Source of the DNA: an uncultured Christensenella sp.
Lineage (GTDB): Bacteria > Bacillota > Clostridia > Christensenellales > UBA1242
Length of the DNA: 64,000 bases
Reading direction: 5' to 3'
Assembly: GCA_949292875.1 (NCBI GenBank)
Contig: CASFBJ010000004.1
Span: 15,903 to 79,902, forward strand
In this document: positions 1-9,197 of the stretch, in pieces
Layout of the letters: the number at the start of each line of letters is the position of its first letter
Position numbering within the stretch: position 1 is the first letter of the stretch
Notes under the pieces: generated by a model
Database searches by the model: none
Seen by the model: only the letters and a program-made list of their open reading frames with translations
Told to the model about the DNA's origin: nothing
Position numbers and translations under genes: made by a program

Positions 1-779
1 AATTTTAAATAAAATTTAAATATACACATCTTTATAAAATATCAATTTTTCAAGTAGAGAAGAAGTTGCAAATTTTCAGGTAGGAAAGAAATTTGATACA
101 AAACATTAAAGTAAATATACAATATATAAATATATTATAAAATAAATTAAAATACATTAAAAAACAAATATATAATTAATGTTTAAGATTTTAGCTAAAT
201 ACTTTCTACATTTTATTAATAATTATATTAAGAATTCAAGAATTTACTATATAATTGAGTACATTTTATTAATAAGGCATAATTTAATAGATAAATTAAT
301 AAAAAATAAACATTTTTTTAATTTTAAATAAGTTTAAGTTATTAAAATTAATTTAAAACACTATAAAATTAATTAAATTATATGAATGAATATTAAAATT
401 TTATTATAATATGATTATGACCCAATTTTTAACTAATAAAATAGCAATTTAAACCTATATCTATATCAAAAAATTACTAAATGCTATTTTTTTATAGATA
501 TTTTAATATTAAAACTATATATAGTTAAAAAATCATTAATATATTTTTAAATTTTACATATAATTAAGCATAATATATTATTTTAATTGCTTTTTAACAA
601 TATTTTAAGTACATTTATTTGAGATAATATTCATTTCTTATACAAACAATAAGACTAATCTATAGTACTACAATTATATACTATGTTAATTAGTATATTC
701 TTATTTTAGTTTTTATACAATTTTTAACATATAAATATAATAATATTATTTTAGTTTTACAACATATTTTAACATTAAA

Positions 780-795
780 AGTTTCATATGAAACT
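780..795. promoter_or_regulatory. parS: parS-like site (perfect 16-bp palindrome AGTTTCATATGAAACT)
   Basis: 12/16 match to canonical TGTTTCACGTGAAACA, fully palindromic, ~440 bp downstream of parB. Confidence 0.7.
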
Positions 796-882
796 GGTTA
801 GATATTTATAGTAGGGTATTATTAAAATCAAATCAAAAATATATTAAAATTAGCAAAAACTATTTAAAATTTAATTAAAACT

Positions 883-898
883 TGTTTCATGTGAAATG
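883..898. promoter_or_regulatory. parS: parS-like site TGTTTCATGTGAAATG
   Basis: 13/16 match to canonical parS, ~100 bp from the first site, near parB and oriC. Confidence 0.7.
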
Positions 899-1179
899 CT
901 TTATTAATATTTTTTTGATTTTGTGTTTAATATTCCTAAATATAATTGTTTTTTAACAAATACATAGTATTATAAAACAAAATTAATTCTATTATCTTTA
1001 TTTAATTTATTTATTATAAATTAAAATTATATATTACATGGTTAAAAGCGTTTTATTGTTATAAAATTAATTTATATTTTAATGATTATTAATTTTAATT
1101 TGTTATGAAAAAGTAAAATCAATTTAATTTTAATTTTTTATACATTTTAAAACAATTTTAAGTCTAATAAGTAGGGTAG

Positions 1180-1228
1180 TATTGAAATAAAAAATAGTAC
1201 TTAGTTAGTACTATTTTTTATTTCAATA
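1180..1228 (-). terminator. Intrinsic terminator of parAB
   Basis: 22-bp perfect inverted repeat with 5-nt loop, ending 5 bp after the parB stop. Confidence 0.75.
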
Positions 1229-1232
1229 TCTA

Positions 1233-2204
1233 TTACTTCTTGTTTATATTTTGCAAATCTTTTAATGTAAGTTTTTTATCTTGTATAAGTTTTAATAGGT
1301 CATGTATTCTATTTAAATCGTCTTTAGTGTAATAATCTATATATATTCTTCCTTTATTGTCGTTTCCTAATACGCTTACTTTAGTGCTAAATACTCTAGA
1401 CATTTCGGAAACCATTTCTTTTAGCTCTAAACTTTGTTGTGCTTTTTCATTTTTAGGTTTTGGATTAAGATAATCTCTTACCATTTTTTCAAGAACACGC
1501 ACAGTTATTTTATTGTTTCTTGCCATGTTGGCAAATTTTAATTGAGTTTGAGTATCATCTACAACAACTAAACATTTAGCATGTCCTACACTTAATTCAT
1601 TATTTTCAACCATTTTCATTACTTCTGGATACAGATTTAACAATCTCATTAAGTTAGCAACTACCGGTCTACTTTTACCAATTTTATCAGCTATTTGCTC
1701 TTGTGTAAAATGATATTCTTCCATAAGTTTTTTCATAGCTCTAGCTGCTTCAATAGGATTTAAATCTTCTCTTTGCAAGTTTTCAATTAATGAAACTTCT
1801 GCTATTTGCTTTTCTGTATAATCTTTAACTATTGCAGGTATTGTATTTTTTTGTGCAAGTATACTTGCTCTCCATCTTCTTTCACCTGCTATAATCATGT
1901 ATCTGCCGTCACCTTGTTTACTAACAATTATAGGTTGAATAACGCCGTGTGTTTTAATTGAATTTGCTAACTCTAGTAGTGGTGTTTCGTCAAACTTTTT
2001 TCTTGGTTGATTTTCATTTGGGAATATACAATTCAAATCTAGTTCTAAAACGCTTTCACCGTTTTCATTTAATCTTTCTACTACTTTTTCTTTTTGTGTA
2101 GTTGTAGTAGTTTGCTTTTCTACTGTTTGATTAGATGTTTCTATATCATTATCATCATCAAAGGAGAAAAGACTTTCTAAACCTCTACCTAAACCTTTTT
2201 TCAT
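1233..2204 (-). CDS. parB: ParB/Spo0J chromosome partitioning protein
   Basis: MKKGLGRGL N-terminal peptide, NQPRK, GVIQPI, IIAGERRWRA CTPase motif, ENLQREDL, HTH. Confidence 0.97.
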   Translation of the reverse strand: MKKGLGRGLESLFSFDDDNDIETSNQTVEKQTTTTTQKEKVVERLNENGESVLELDLNCIFPNENQPRKKFDETPLLELANSIKTHGVIQPIIVSKQGDGRYMIIAGERRWRASILAQKNTIPAIVKDYTEKQIAEVSLIENLQREDLNPIEAARAMKKLMEEYHFTQEQIADKIGKSRPVVANLMRLLNLYPEVMKMVENNELSVGHAKCLVVVDDTQTQLKFANMARNNKITVRVLEKMVRDYLNPKPKNEKAQQSLELKEMVSEMSRVFSTKVSVLGNDNKGRIYIDYYTKDDLNRIHDLLKLIQDKKLTLKDLQNINKK

Positions 2205-2229
2205 TTTAATATTTACTCCTTAATTAAAA

Positions 2230-3033
2230 TTATATAATTTTAGTTTTGTTAGTTATTTTTATATATGTATCTTTATTTCTTGTTAAAAACTCTTCTGTTA
2301 ATTCTTGATATGATATAGCTCCTTTACTTGTCCTATCGTATAGTATAATAGGTTCTCCATGACTTGGAGCTTCTGCAAGTTTTATATTTCTTGGTATAGT
2401 TGTTTGAAATACTTTTTTGCCAAAGAACTTGTGTATCTCCGCACTAACTTCATTTACTAAGTTACTTCTATTGTCCTTCATTGTAAGTACAACACCTTCA
2501 ATAGATATACTATTATTTAGATGTTTTTTTATTAGCTTTATTGTATTCATTAGTTGTGCTAAACCTTCTAAAGCATAGAACTCACATTGAATAGGTATAA
2601 CAACAGAATTACAAGCAGTTAAAGCATTGATAGTAAGTAAAGCTAATGATGGTGGACAATCTATACAAATATAATCATAATTATCGCTTAGTTTATCTAA
2701 TGATTTTTTAACGATTATCTCTCTATCATTTTTCTTTGCTAAAAGCATTTCTCCTCCGGCTAAATCTACAGTTGCAGGTATAATGTCTAAACCTGGTATC
2801 TTTGTTTTAAGTATTGCTTCTTCAACATTTATACTTTGGTCTATCACATCATATAGGGTATATATATCTTCTGTTTTATCTATACCTAATCCACTTGAAG
2901 CATTTCCTTGTGGGTCCATATCTACAAGTAGAACCTTCTTGCCCATGTATGCTAAGTAAGCAGACATATTTACACAAGTAGTAGTTTTACCTACACCGCC
3001 TTTTTGATTAGCAAATGCTACTATCTTTCCCAT
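2230..3033 (-). CDS. parA: ParA/Soj ATPase (start moved to MGKIVAF, RBS AAAGGAG)
   Basis: NQKGGVGKTTT deviant Walker A, DMDPQGNASSGLG, IDCPPSL, AEAPSHG. Confidence 0.97.
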   Translation of the reverse strand: MGKIVAFANQKGGVGKTTTCVNMSAYLAYMGKKVLLVDMDPQGNASSGLGIDKTEDIYTLYDVIDQSINVEEAILKTKIPGLDIIPATVDLAGGEMLLAKKNDREIIVKKSLDKLSDNYDYICIDCPPSLALLTINALTACNSVVIPIQCEFYALEGLAQLMNTIKLIKKHLNNSISIEGVVLTMKDNRSNLVNEVSAEIHKFFGKKVFQTTIPRNIKLAEAPSHGEPIILYDRTSKGAISYQELTEEFLTRNKDTYIKITNKTKII

Positions 3034-3102
3034 ATAAGCTTTCTCCTTTATAAATTTTGGCATTATTTAGTTACTTTGTTTCACTAATTGTTCCATACAA
3101 CT

Positions 3103-3131
3103 ATATTATATTACTATATCTAAAAAGTCAA
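3103..3131 (-). promoter_or_regulatory. Putative sigmaA promoter of parAB
   Basis: TTGACT-17-TAATAT (or TTGACT-15-TATAAT) on the minus strand. Confidence 0.5.
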
Positions 3132-3324
3132 GAAATAATTATACTATAATTAAAATTAGAAAACTTTTTATTTATTATATAAATAAATATAGGTTTTTAT
3201 TTATTAATCAGTTATTTTAGAATGTGGTAAATATATTTTATTATTTTATTTAGATTTAGTTTTAATTTTAGTTTTATGGTTTAAAATATTATTAGTTATT
3301 TTAATTTGGAGTAAATATTGTTTA

Positions 3325-3352
3325 AATGTATCTTTGCTCTTAAAGATACATT
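3325..3352. repeat. Perfect 11-bp inverted repeat in the dnaN-parA spacer
   Basis: AATGTATCTTT-gctctt-AAAGATACATT. Confidence 0.5.
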
Positions 3353-3566
3353 GTAAATGTAGCATATTTTTTTATAATATATTCATTACCTATGACAAAA
3401 ACTTTATTTTTATATTAAGAAATAAAATTAGATTACCACTAAAAGTAAAATTGTTAAATAAAACACTTTTTAAAAAGTTTTTTAAATTTGCTTAATGTAT
3501 ATTTATACAAAAAAATGCATAAAACTTTTATACGGTTTTATACATTTTATATTTTGTATTTTTTAC

Positions 3567-3597
3567 TTATACACATATTGGATATAATTGTGTAAAA
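3567..3597. promoter_or_regulatory. Inverted DnaA-box pair, 13-bp spacer
   Basis: TTATACACA (3567-3575) N13 TGTGTAAAA (3589-3597). Confidence 0.55.
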
Positions 3598-3765
3598 CTT
3601 TAATTATATCTATTTTAAAAAATTATATTATTTATTAATTTTATTGAAAATATTTAGTAAGTAAGTTTATTAATAGATAAAGTAACATAGAGTAGAATGG
3701 TATTAAAATCAATATAAAGTAGATTTTTGATTATATATTAAATTTTATATGTTTTTGCTTAAAAT

Positions 3766-3793
3766 AAAAAAAGGAACTTTTAGTTCCATTTTT
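3766..3793 (-). terminator. Terminator of dnaN
   Basis: GGAACT/AGTTCC stem followed by a T run on the minus strand, at the stop codon. Confidence 0.6.
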
Positions 3794-4896
3794 TAATAAT
3801 TTGCAATACGAACAGGTAATATTAAATAAATATATTCATCACCTTCTATTGGTTTAACTACGCAAGGAGAAAATGAAGTATTTAATTCTATTTGTACAAA
3901 TTCTTCTTGAGTTACTTTTAATATATCTGCAAAGTATCTTGAGTTAAATGCTATTACTAAATCGTTGCCTTTTAAATTTGCTGGTAAATTTTCTTTTATA
4001 TTTCCTATATCTCCATTTGATGTTATTAAAACATTGTTTTCTTTTATATCAAACTTTACAATGTTGTTTTTATCAAATCTTGCTATAAGTGATACTCTTT
4101 CAAGAGTTGATTCAAACTGTTCTTTATTAACTACACAGAAAGTACTAAATTCTGTAGGGATAATACTCTTGTAGTCGGCGAACTGACCGTCTAATAATCT
4201 GGATACAACTATTACACCATTTATATTTACAGTTAAGAAGTTGTCTGAAACATAAATTTTGATTTTATCTTCACTATCTTGTAATAGGTTAGTTATTTCT
4301 TTAAGTGTCTTTTGTGGTACAATTATAGATTTCTCTATATTTGAATTAGATATTTGCTTTTTTACTACTGCCATACGGTAACCATCTAAAGCTACTGCAT
4401 TTATCGTTGTTTTATTTACTTCTAATAGAACGCCCTTAAGTATTGGTCTGCTATCGTCTGTTGCTACTGCAAATGTTGATTTGTTTATTAATTGCTTAAA
4501 TAGGTTTTGTTGAATTTCAAAATAGTCTTGATTTTCTATTTGTGGTATCTTTGGAAATTCGTTTACATTGTATATTTGAATAAATCCTTCACTATCGTTA
4601 TAACTTACTTTTAGTTGATTATCTACAAGTGTTAGTTTTATTTGTTCATTTGTTAAGCGTTTTAAGTAATTACCAAAGAAGTTTCCTGGTACAACTACTT
4701 CGCCTTCTTTGTATACTTCTGCTTTAATAGTTGTTATTATACTTAATTCTGCATCAGTTGCTGACAATTCTAATTTGTCTTCCTTTGCTTTTATCTTTAT
4801 TCCTTCAAGAATAGAATTTGGTGTTTTTGAAGTGGTTGCTTTTGACACTATTAAGATAGCATTTGAAAGGTCTAAACCATCACATAAGATTTCCAC
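3793..4896 (-). CDS. dnaN: DNA polymerase III beta sliding clamp (GTG start, RBS GGAGG)
   Basis: SRPILKG, ALDGYRMA, SRLLDGQF, LILPVR C-terminus; follows dnaA. Confidence 0.97.
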   Translation of the reverse strand: MEILCDGLDLSNAILIVSKATTSKTPNSILEGIKIKAKEDKLELSATDAELSIITTIKAEVYKEGEVVVPGNFFGNYLKRLTNEQIKLTLVDNQLKVSYNDSEGFIQIYNVNEFPKIPQIENQDYFEIQQNLFKQLINKSTFAVATDDSRPILKGVLLEVNKTTINAVALDGYRMAVVKKQISNSNIEKSIIVPQKTLKEITNLLQDSEDKIKIYVSDNFLTVNINGVIVVSRLLDGQFADYKSIIPTEFSTFCVVNKEQFESTLERVSLIARFDKNNIVKFDIKENNVLITSNGDIGNIKENLPANLKGNDLVIAFNSRYFADILKVTQEEFVQIELNTSFSPCVVKPIEGDEYIYLILPVRIANY

Positions 4897-4899
4897 TTT

Positions 4900-5077
4900 T
4901 TTGCCCTCCTATATATTTATATATATTTTTTAAATAATAATCTTATATAATAAGCACAGTGAATTGTGTGGATAAGTTGAAAAGTTCCTTATTTTTCTAG
5001 TTAAAATTGTACTTTAAAATGTGGAAAACTTTTGCGCTGTTATCCACATTATTCACATGCGCCTATAGTTTTGCACA
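4900..5077. other. oriC: Replication origin oriC (dnaA-dnaN intergenic)
   Basis: DnaA boxes TGTGGATAA 4967-4975, TGTGGAAAA 5020-5028, TTATCCACA 5040-5048, TTATTCACA 5049-5057, TTTTGCACA 5069-5077; next to box 4967 a TAA/TAT trinucleotide tract and AT-rich run resembling DnaA-trios and a DUE. Confidence 0.9.
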
Positions 5078-6439
5078 TTACTTGTTTTGAATAAGTGATT
5101 TCAAATCGTTTACATCTCGTCTTACTTTATCGCTTGTTTTAAGACTATCTATTATCTTATTTCTTGCGTGCATTATTGATGTATGGTCTCTATTAAAGAT
5201 TTCTTTTCCTATTGTTGCCATTGGGATATTTAATAAATCACACATTAGATATATACATATGTGTCTTGCTTCTACAAATTCTTTATTTCTTTTATTTCCT
5301 AAAAGGTCTTTTCTTTCCATGCGGTAGTATTTGCATACTTGGTCTATTATAAAGTTAGGTGTAACAAACTCTGTTGTTTCTTCTTTTTTAACTTTTAGGG
5401 CTTCTTGAGCATCTTCTATAGTTGCTATCCTTTTGTCCTTTAATTGAGCCAAAAAAACTGTTTTAGATAAAGCTCCTTCAAGTTCTCTTATATTTGTTGT
5501 AATATTTTCTGCTAAAAATTCTAAAGCATCATTGTCTATGTGATTATTTTCTAACTGTGCTTTCTTTTGCAGAATAACATATCTTGTTTCAAAATCTGGT
5601 GATTGTATATCTTGTATTAGTCCCATACTAAAGCGTGATACCATTCTATCATTTAGCGTACTTATTTCACTAGGTGGTCTATCTGATGTAATAATGATTT
5701 GTTTATTTACTTGATGTAAGTCATTAAATGTATTGAAGAACTCTAACTGTGTTGCTTCTTTATTTGAAATAAACTGAACATCATCTATCATAAGTACATC
5801 TACGCTTCTATACTTTTCTCTAAACTTTGATATGTCTTTATTTTTGTTATGTATACATTCTAGGTAGTCGTTTGTAAAATTTTCACAAGTTTTATAAAGT
5901 ACTTTGATATTTGGGTTATTTTCAACTAGATAATTTCCTATGGCATGTAGTAGGTGAGTTTTACCTAATCCTACGCCACCGTATATAAATAGCGGATTAA
6001 ACTTTGTTCCTGGGCTTTCTGCAACCGCTTTACATGCACTATATACAAACTTGTTACTTGTACCAACAACAAAATTGTCAAAAGTAAAACGCGGATTAAG
6101 TGTGCTTGCTTCGTGAAATGTACTTGAGTCTGTAATTTCTAAACTTCTAAGCATAAACTCTTCGTATTCTTCTGGATTTAGAATTTCAAACTCATCTGTG
6201 CCGAAAGCTTTTTCTATTGCTTGAGAGAGTAGGAAATTGAAAGAATCGTTACAGATTTTTTTTGTCATATTGTTTGGTGCTTTTATGTATAGTTTATCTG
6301 CATATACTGTTATAGGTTCTAGTTTTTTTATCCACATATCAAAACTAATTACAGATGTTTGATTTACTAATTCGTGCAATACTTCTTTCCACTTTTCTTG
6401 AGTTTGTACAACTTCACTTTCTTCATTAAGTTCTTCCAT
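5078..6439 (-). CDS. dnaA: Chromosomal replication initiator DnaA
   Basis: TFDNFVVG, NPLFIYGGVGLGKTHL, DVLMIDDVQF, NIRELEGAL, RDHTSIMH. Confidence 0.98.
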   Translation of the reverse strand: MEELNEESEVVQTQEKWKEVLHELVNQTSVISFDMWIKKLEPITVYADKLYIKAPNNMTKKICNDSFNFLLSQAIEKAFGTDEFEILNPEEYEEFMLRSLEITDSSTFHEASTLNPRFTFDNFVVGTSNKFVYSACKAVAESPGTKFNPLFIYGGVGLGKTHLLHAIGNYLVENNPNIKVLYKTCENFTNDYLECIHNKNKDISKFREKYRSVDVLMIDDVQFISNKEATQLEFFNTFNDLHQVNKQIIITSDRPPSEISTLNDRMVSRFSMGLIQDIQSPDFETRYVILQKKAQLENNHIDNDALEFLAENITTNIRELEGALSKTVFLAQLKDKRIATIEDAQEALKVKKEETTEFVTPNFIIDQVCKYYRMERKDLLGNKRNKEFVEARHICIYLMCDLLNIPMATIGKEIFNRDHTSIMHARNKIIDSLKTSDKVRRDVNDLKSLIQNK

Positions 6440-6475
6440 GGTAGAAACTCTCCTTATTTGTATCTAGTTACTTAT

Positions 6476-6504
6476 ATTATATAATATATATGTGGAAAAG
6501 TCAA
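6476..6504 (-). promoter_or_regulatory. dnaA sigmaA promoter with an overlapping DnaA box (autoregulation)
   Basis: TTGACT-17-TATAAT; DnaA box TTTTCCACA (6491-6499) overlaps the -35 and spacer. Confidence 0.75.
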
Positions 6505-6578
6505 TGAAAAACTAAAATTTTATAGCGCATAAGAAATATTTGTTTTAGGTGCAAGAATTTTTTTTGCACTTAAACACT

Positions 6579-6609
6579 TTTTGCACAATTAAACACAAAA
6601 TGTGGACAA
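6579..6609. promoter_or_regulatory. Inverted DnaA-box pair upstream of dnaA, 13-bp spacer
   Basis: TTTTGCACA (6579-6587) N13 TGTGGACAA (6601-6609). Confidence 0.55.
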
Positions 6610-6833
6610 GTGAATTTGTTAAATATTTAAATAGTTGAAAAAGTATTTTGTGACTAAAAATGAAAAAGAAAATTATTTTATTTGATGATATGAAAACTTT
6701 TTTGTGATTGATTAAAATTTTTTCATAAAGACAAACTTTATTTGAAAAATTGTTTTTAAAAGCAAAAAATGAATAAAATATATTTTTTTTAACAAACTAT
6801 ACTAGTTACCAAATTTTAGCAAAGGTGAGTATT

Positions 6834-7943
6834 ATGAGTAGAGTTTTGATATATACATTAAGTACAGGTACAGGACACAATAAGATTGCAAATTACATAA
6901 AGAAAAAATATGAAAAACAAGGTCATGAAGTTACTGTTTTAGATTTTTTTAAAGACAACAATAAAAATATAAGGGATACTTTAATATGTAAAGGATATGA
7001 TTTTATACTAAAATACTTTAGAAATATATACAATTTTTTTTATAAAAGACTTAGCGATAAGTCTGTAAGTTACAAAGATAAAGAGCAGTCGTTATTTCTT
7101 GAATTTTTGCTTGCCTATATGAAAAAAAGCGTTATAAAAAATATATCTACTTTTGAGCCAGACTTAGTTGTTTGCACTCATGTATTTCCTGCATATGTCC
7201 TTAGTGAACTAAACAAAAATTATGATTTTAAGATAAGGACTTATGCTTTTATAACAGACTTGTATCCGCATCCATTTTGGCAATATGTGAAATATGTAGA
7301 TAGGTATTTTATTTTAACGCATACATCAAATAGGTTATTAGAGAATTTGGGCATAGATGCGAGTAAGATAAATAGGTACAGATTGTATGAAGATATGCAA
7401 AATAATGCAAAATTTGTGCCTAAAAACACTTGTGATGACTTATTGCTTGTTATTATGGCAAAAAACGCAAATAGGCGAGAATTTGAACGAAATTTGGCTT
7501 CACTTGCTTTTGTGGACAAAAAAGTAAATGCTATCGTGCTATGCGGTGGAGATATGAAGATAAAAAAAATATGTGATAGGGTAGTAAAAGGCATACAAAA
7601 TACTAAAGTAAATATTCATTCATTTTTATATATGGATAATGAACAAGTAAAAAATGTATTAGCAAAAGCTAATGTTGTTATAAGTAAAGTAGGGATAAAT
7701 GCTTTTTATGAAATCTTAAAAAATAGTTGTGTTCTTATTCCTTTTAATAAAATCGCTTATAACGAGAAACAAAATAGAGAGTATTTGAAACTATATAACA
7801 TGAGTCCAACGCTTAGCAAAAAAGACCTTATAGCAGGGTATATAAACAACAACTTTTTTGATAAGGACAATATGGAAATGTATAGGAAAAACATAGAAAA
7901 ATTTTTGTATAATAATTTTGAAAAAGAAAAAAAGAGTATGTAA
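6834..7943 (+). CDS. MGDG-synthase/UgtP-like glycosyltransferase (GT-B fold)
   Basis: STGTGH, PDLVVCTHVFP, FITDLYPHPFW, DRYF; divergent C-terminal domain; ATG 6834 after AAGGTGAG. Confidence 0.75.
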   Translation: MSRVLIYTLSTGTGHNKIANYIKKKYEKQGHEVTVLDFFKDNNKNIRDTLICKGYDFILKYFRNIYNFFYKRLSDKSVSYKDKEQSLFLEFLLAYMKKSVIKNISTFEPDLVVCTHVFPAYVLSELNKNYDFKIRTYAFITDLYPHPFWQYVKYVDRYFILTHTSNRLLENLGIDASKINRYRLYEDMQNNAKFVPKNTCDDLLLVIMAKNANRREFERNLASLAFVDKKVNAIVLCGGDMKIKKICDRVVKGIQNTKVNIHSFLYMDNEQVKNVLAKANVVISKVGINAFYEILKNSCVLIPFNKIAYNEKQNREYLKLYNMSPTLSKKDLIAGYINNNFFDKDNMEMYRKNIEKFLYNNFEKEKKSM

Positions 7944-7976
7944 AATTTACATACTTTTTGTTAAAATGATAAAAAG

Positions 7977-8004
7977 AAAAAGTTATAGGGGTCTATAACT
8001 TTTT
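7977..8004. terminator. Bidirectional terminator between the glycosyltransferase and spo0A
   Basis: AAAAAGTTATAG-gggt-CTATAACTTTTT. Confidence 0.7.
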
Positions 8005-8082
8005 TAGTTTATAATCTCATATTTTTTGTAAAGATAAATGCAAGAAAAATTAGTAAATAGATTATAGTATTTTATAAAACTT

Positions 8083-8817
8083 TTAAAACATTTCCATTAG
8101 CATTTTATCTGCAACTAACGCTATAAATTCGCCATTTGTTGGCTTTTCATTACTACTGTATACTGTTACACCAAAAAGTGTATTTATGTTTTCTATCTTG
8201 CCTCTATTCCATGCAACTTCAATAGCATGTCTTATTGCTCTCTCAACTTTACTTGCACTTGTTTCGTACTTTGTTGCTATACTAGGATAAAGTTTTTTAG
8301 TTATGCTATTTATTATGTTAGGTTCTGTTATGCTCATCTTTATTGCTTCTCTTAAAAACTTGTATCCTTTAATGTGAGCAGGTATGCCTACAGTCATGAA
8401 TATATAACTAATTTTTTCATCTATTTGTTTAAGTTTTGAATTTGTTGGCTTTATAACAATTTCTTCATTTAAGGCTTCATTTATTCGCTTTTCTATAATT
8501 TCGCTATTTGTTGGTTTGATAAGATAATAGCAAACTCCTAAAGACATAGCCTTTTGAACAAATTTGTCTTGATTAATATTTGATAGTACTAAAACTTTTA
8601 CAGTATTATTTAGATATTTATTAACCTTTTCTATAAGTTCAAAACCGTCCATTTTACTAAGTAGTATATCACATATAAGTACTTCAGGCGGATTTTTTAT
8701 TATATCTTCTAGTGCGTCTATACTATCGCAAAAATATCTTGTATTTTCGCCTAACTTTTCAGATAGTTCCTTGCATAATTCTTCATTTTCATCTACAATT
8801 ACAATTTTGTTTTGCAT
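8083..8817 (-). CDS. spo0A: Sporulation master regulator Spo0A (start MQNKIV, RBS AGGAG)
   Basis: Receiver domain with D in LICDILL..MDG; effector motifs GIPAHIKGY, LYPSIA, SKVERAIRHAIEVAWNRG, KPTNGEFIA. Confidence 0.97.
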   Translation of the reverse strand: MQNKIVIVDENEELCKELSEKLGENTRYFCDSIDALEDIIKNPPEVLICDILLSKMDGFELIEKVNKYLNNTVKVLVLSNINQDKFVQKAMSLGVCYYLIKPTNSEIIEKRINEALNEEIVIKPTNSKLKQIDEKISYIFMTVGIPAHIKGYKFLREAIKMSITEPNIINSITKKLYPSIATKYETSASKVERAIRHAIEVAWNRGKIENINTLFGVTVYSSNEKPTNGEFIALVADKMLMEMF

Positions 8818-9033
8818 TTTTTTAACTCCTAATTTTATTTTGCTAAAATCTAGCACGCATAGGCATATTATCACAAAAATATTTTGCTAGTAAAATGTTT
8901 CTCATGTGTTATTTTAGCACTAAAAAAAACATTTTGTTTACTTGTGTAATATTTTGTCCTTTTATAAAAAAACGACTAAATCAAAAAGATAAATTTGTTT
9001 TTTTTAAGATATAAAATGAAAAAAAGTAAAAAA

Positions 9034-9059
9034 TTAAGAGTAAGTATACTTACTCTTAA
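9034..9059. terminator. 26-bp perfect palindrome, probably the mnmG terminator
   Basis: TTAAGAGTAAGTATACTTACTCTTAA followed by a T run on the minus strand. Confidence 0.5.
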
Positions 9060-9197
9060 AAATTTTCTTTTATATATATAAGGAAATAATATGAAATTTT
9101 TTATAAAAAAATGCATTTCATATAAAAAGACATTTTTTAGATAAAAAACACATAAATTTTTGATTTTTTATTTATTCAAAAATATTGATTAATAATG

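Noticed and set aside
1-780. CRISPR array, RNA gene or hidden ORF in the long AT-rich spacer
   Set aside because: No regularly spaced repeats, no GC-rich RNA and no ORF; only a probable terminator near 437-493.
3077-3096. parS half-sites TGTTTCAC / TGTTCCAT upstream of parA
   Set aside because: There is no palindromic partner half.
6440-6833. rpmH (L34) expected upstream of dnaA
   Set aside because: No MKRTYQP-like ORF is seen on either strand.
8818-9030. sigmaH promoter or 0A boxes upstream of spo0A
   Set aside because: AAAGGA is present without a correctly spaced GAAT, and there is no clean TGNCGAA.
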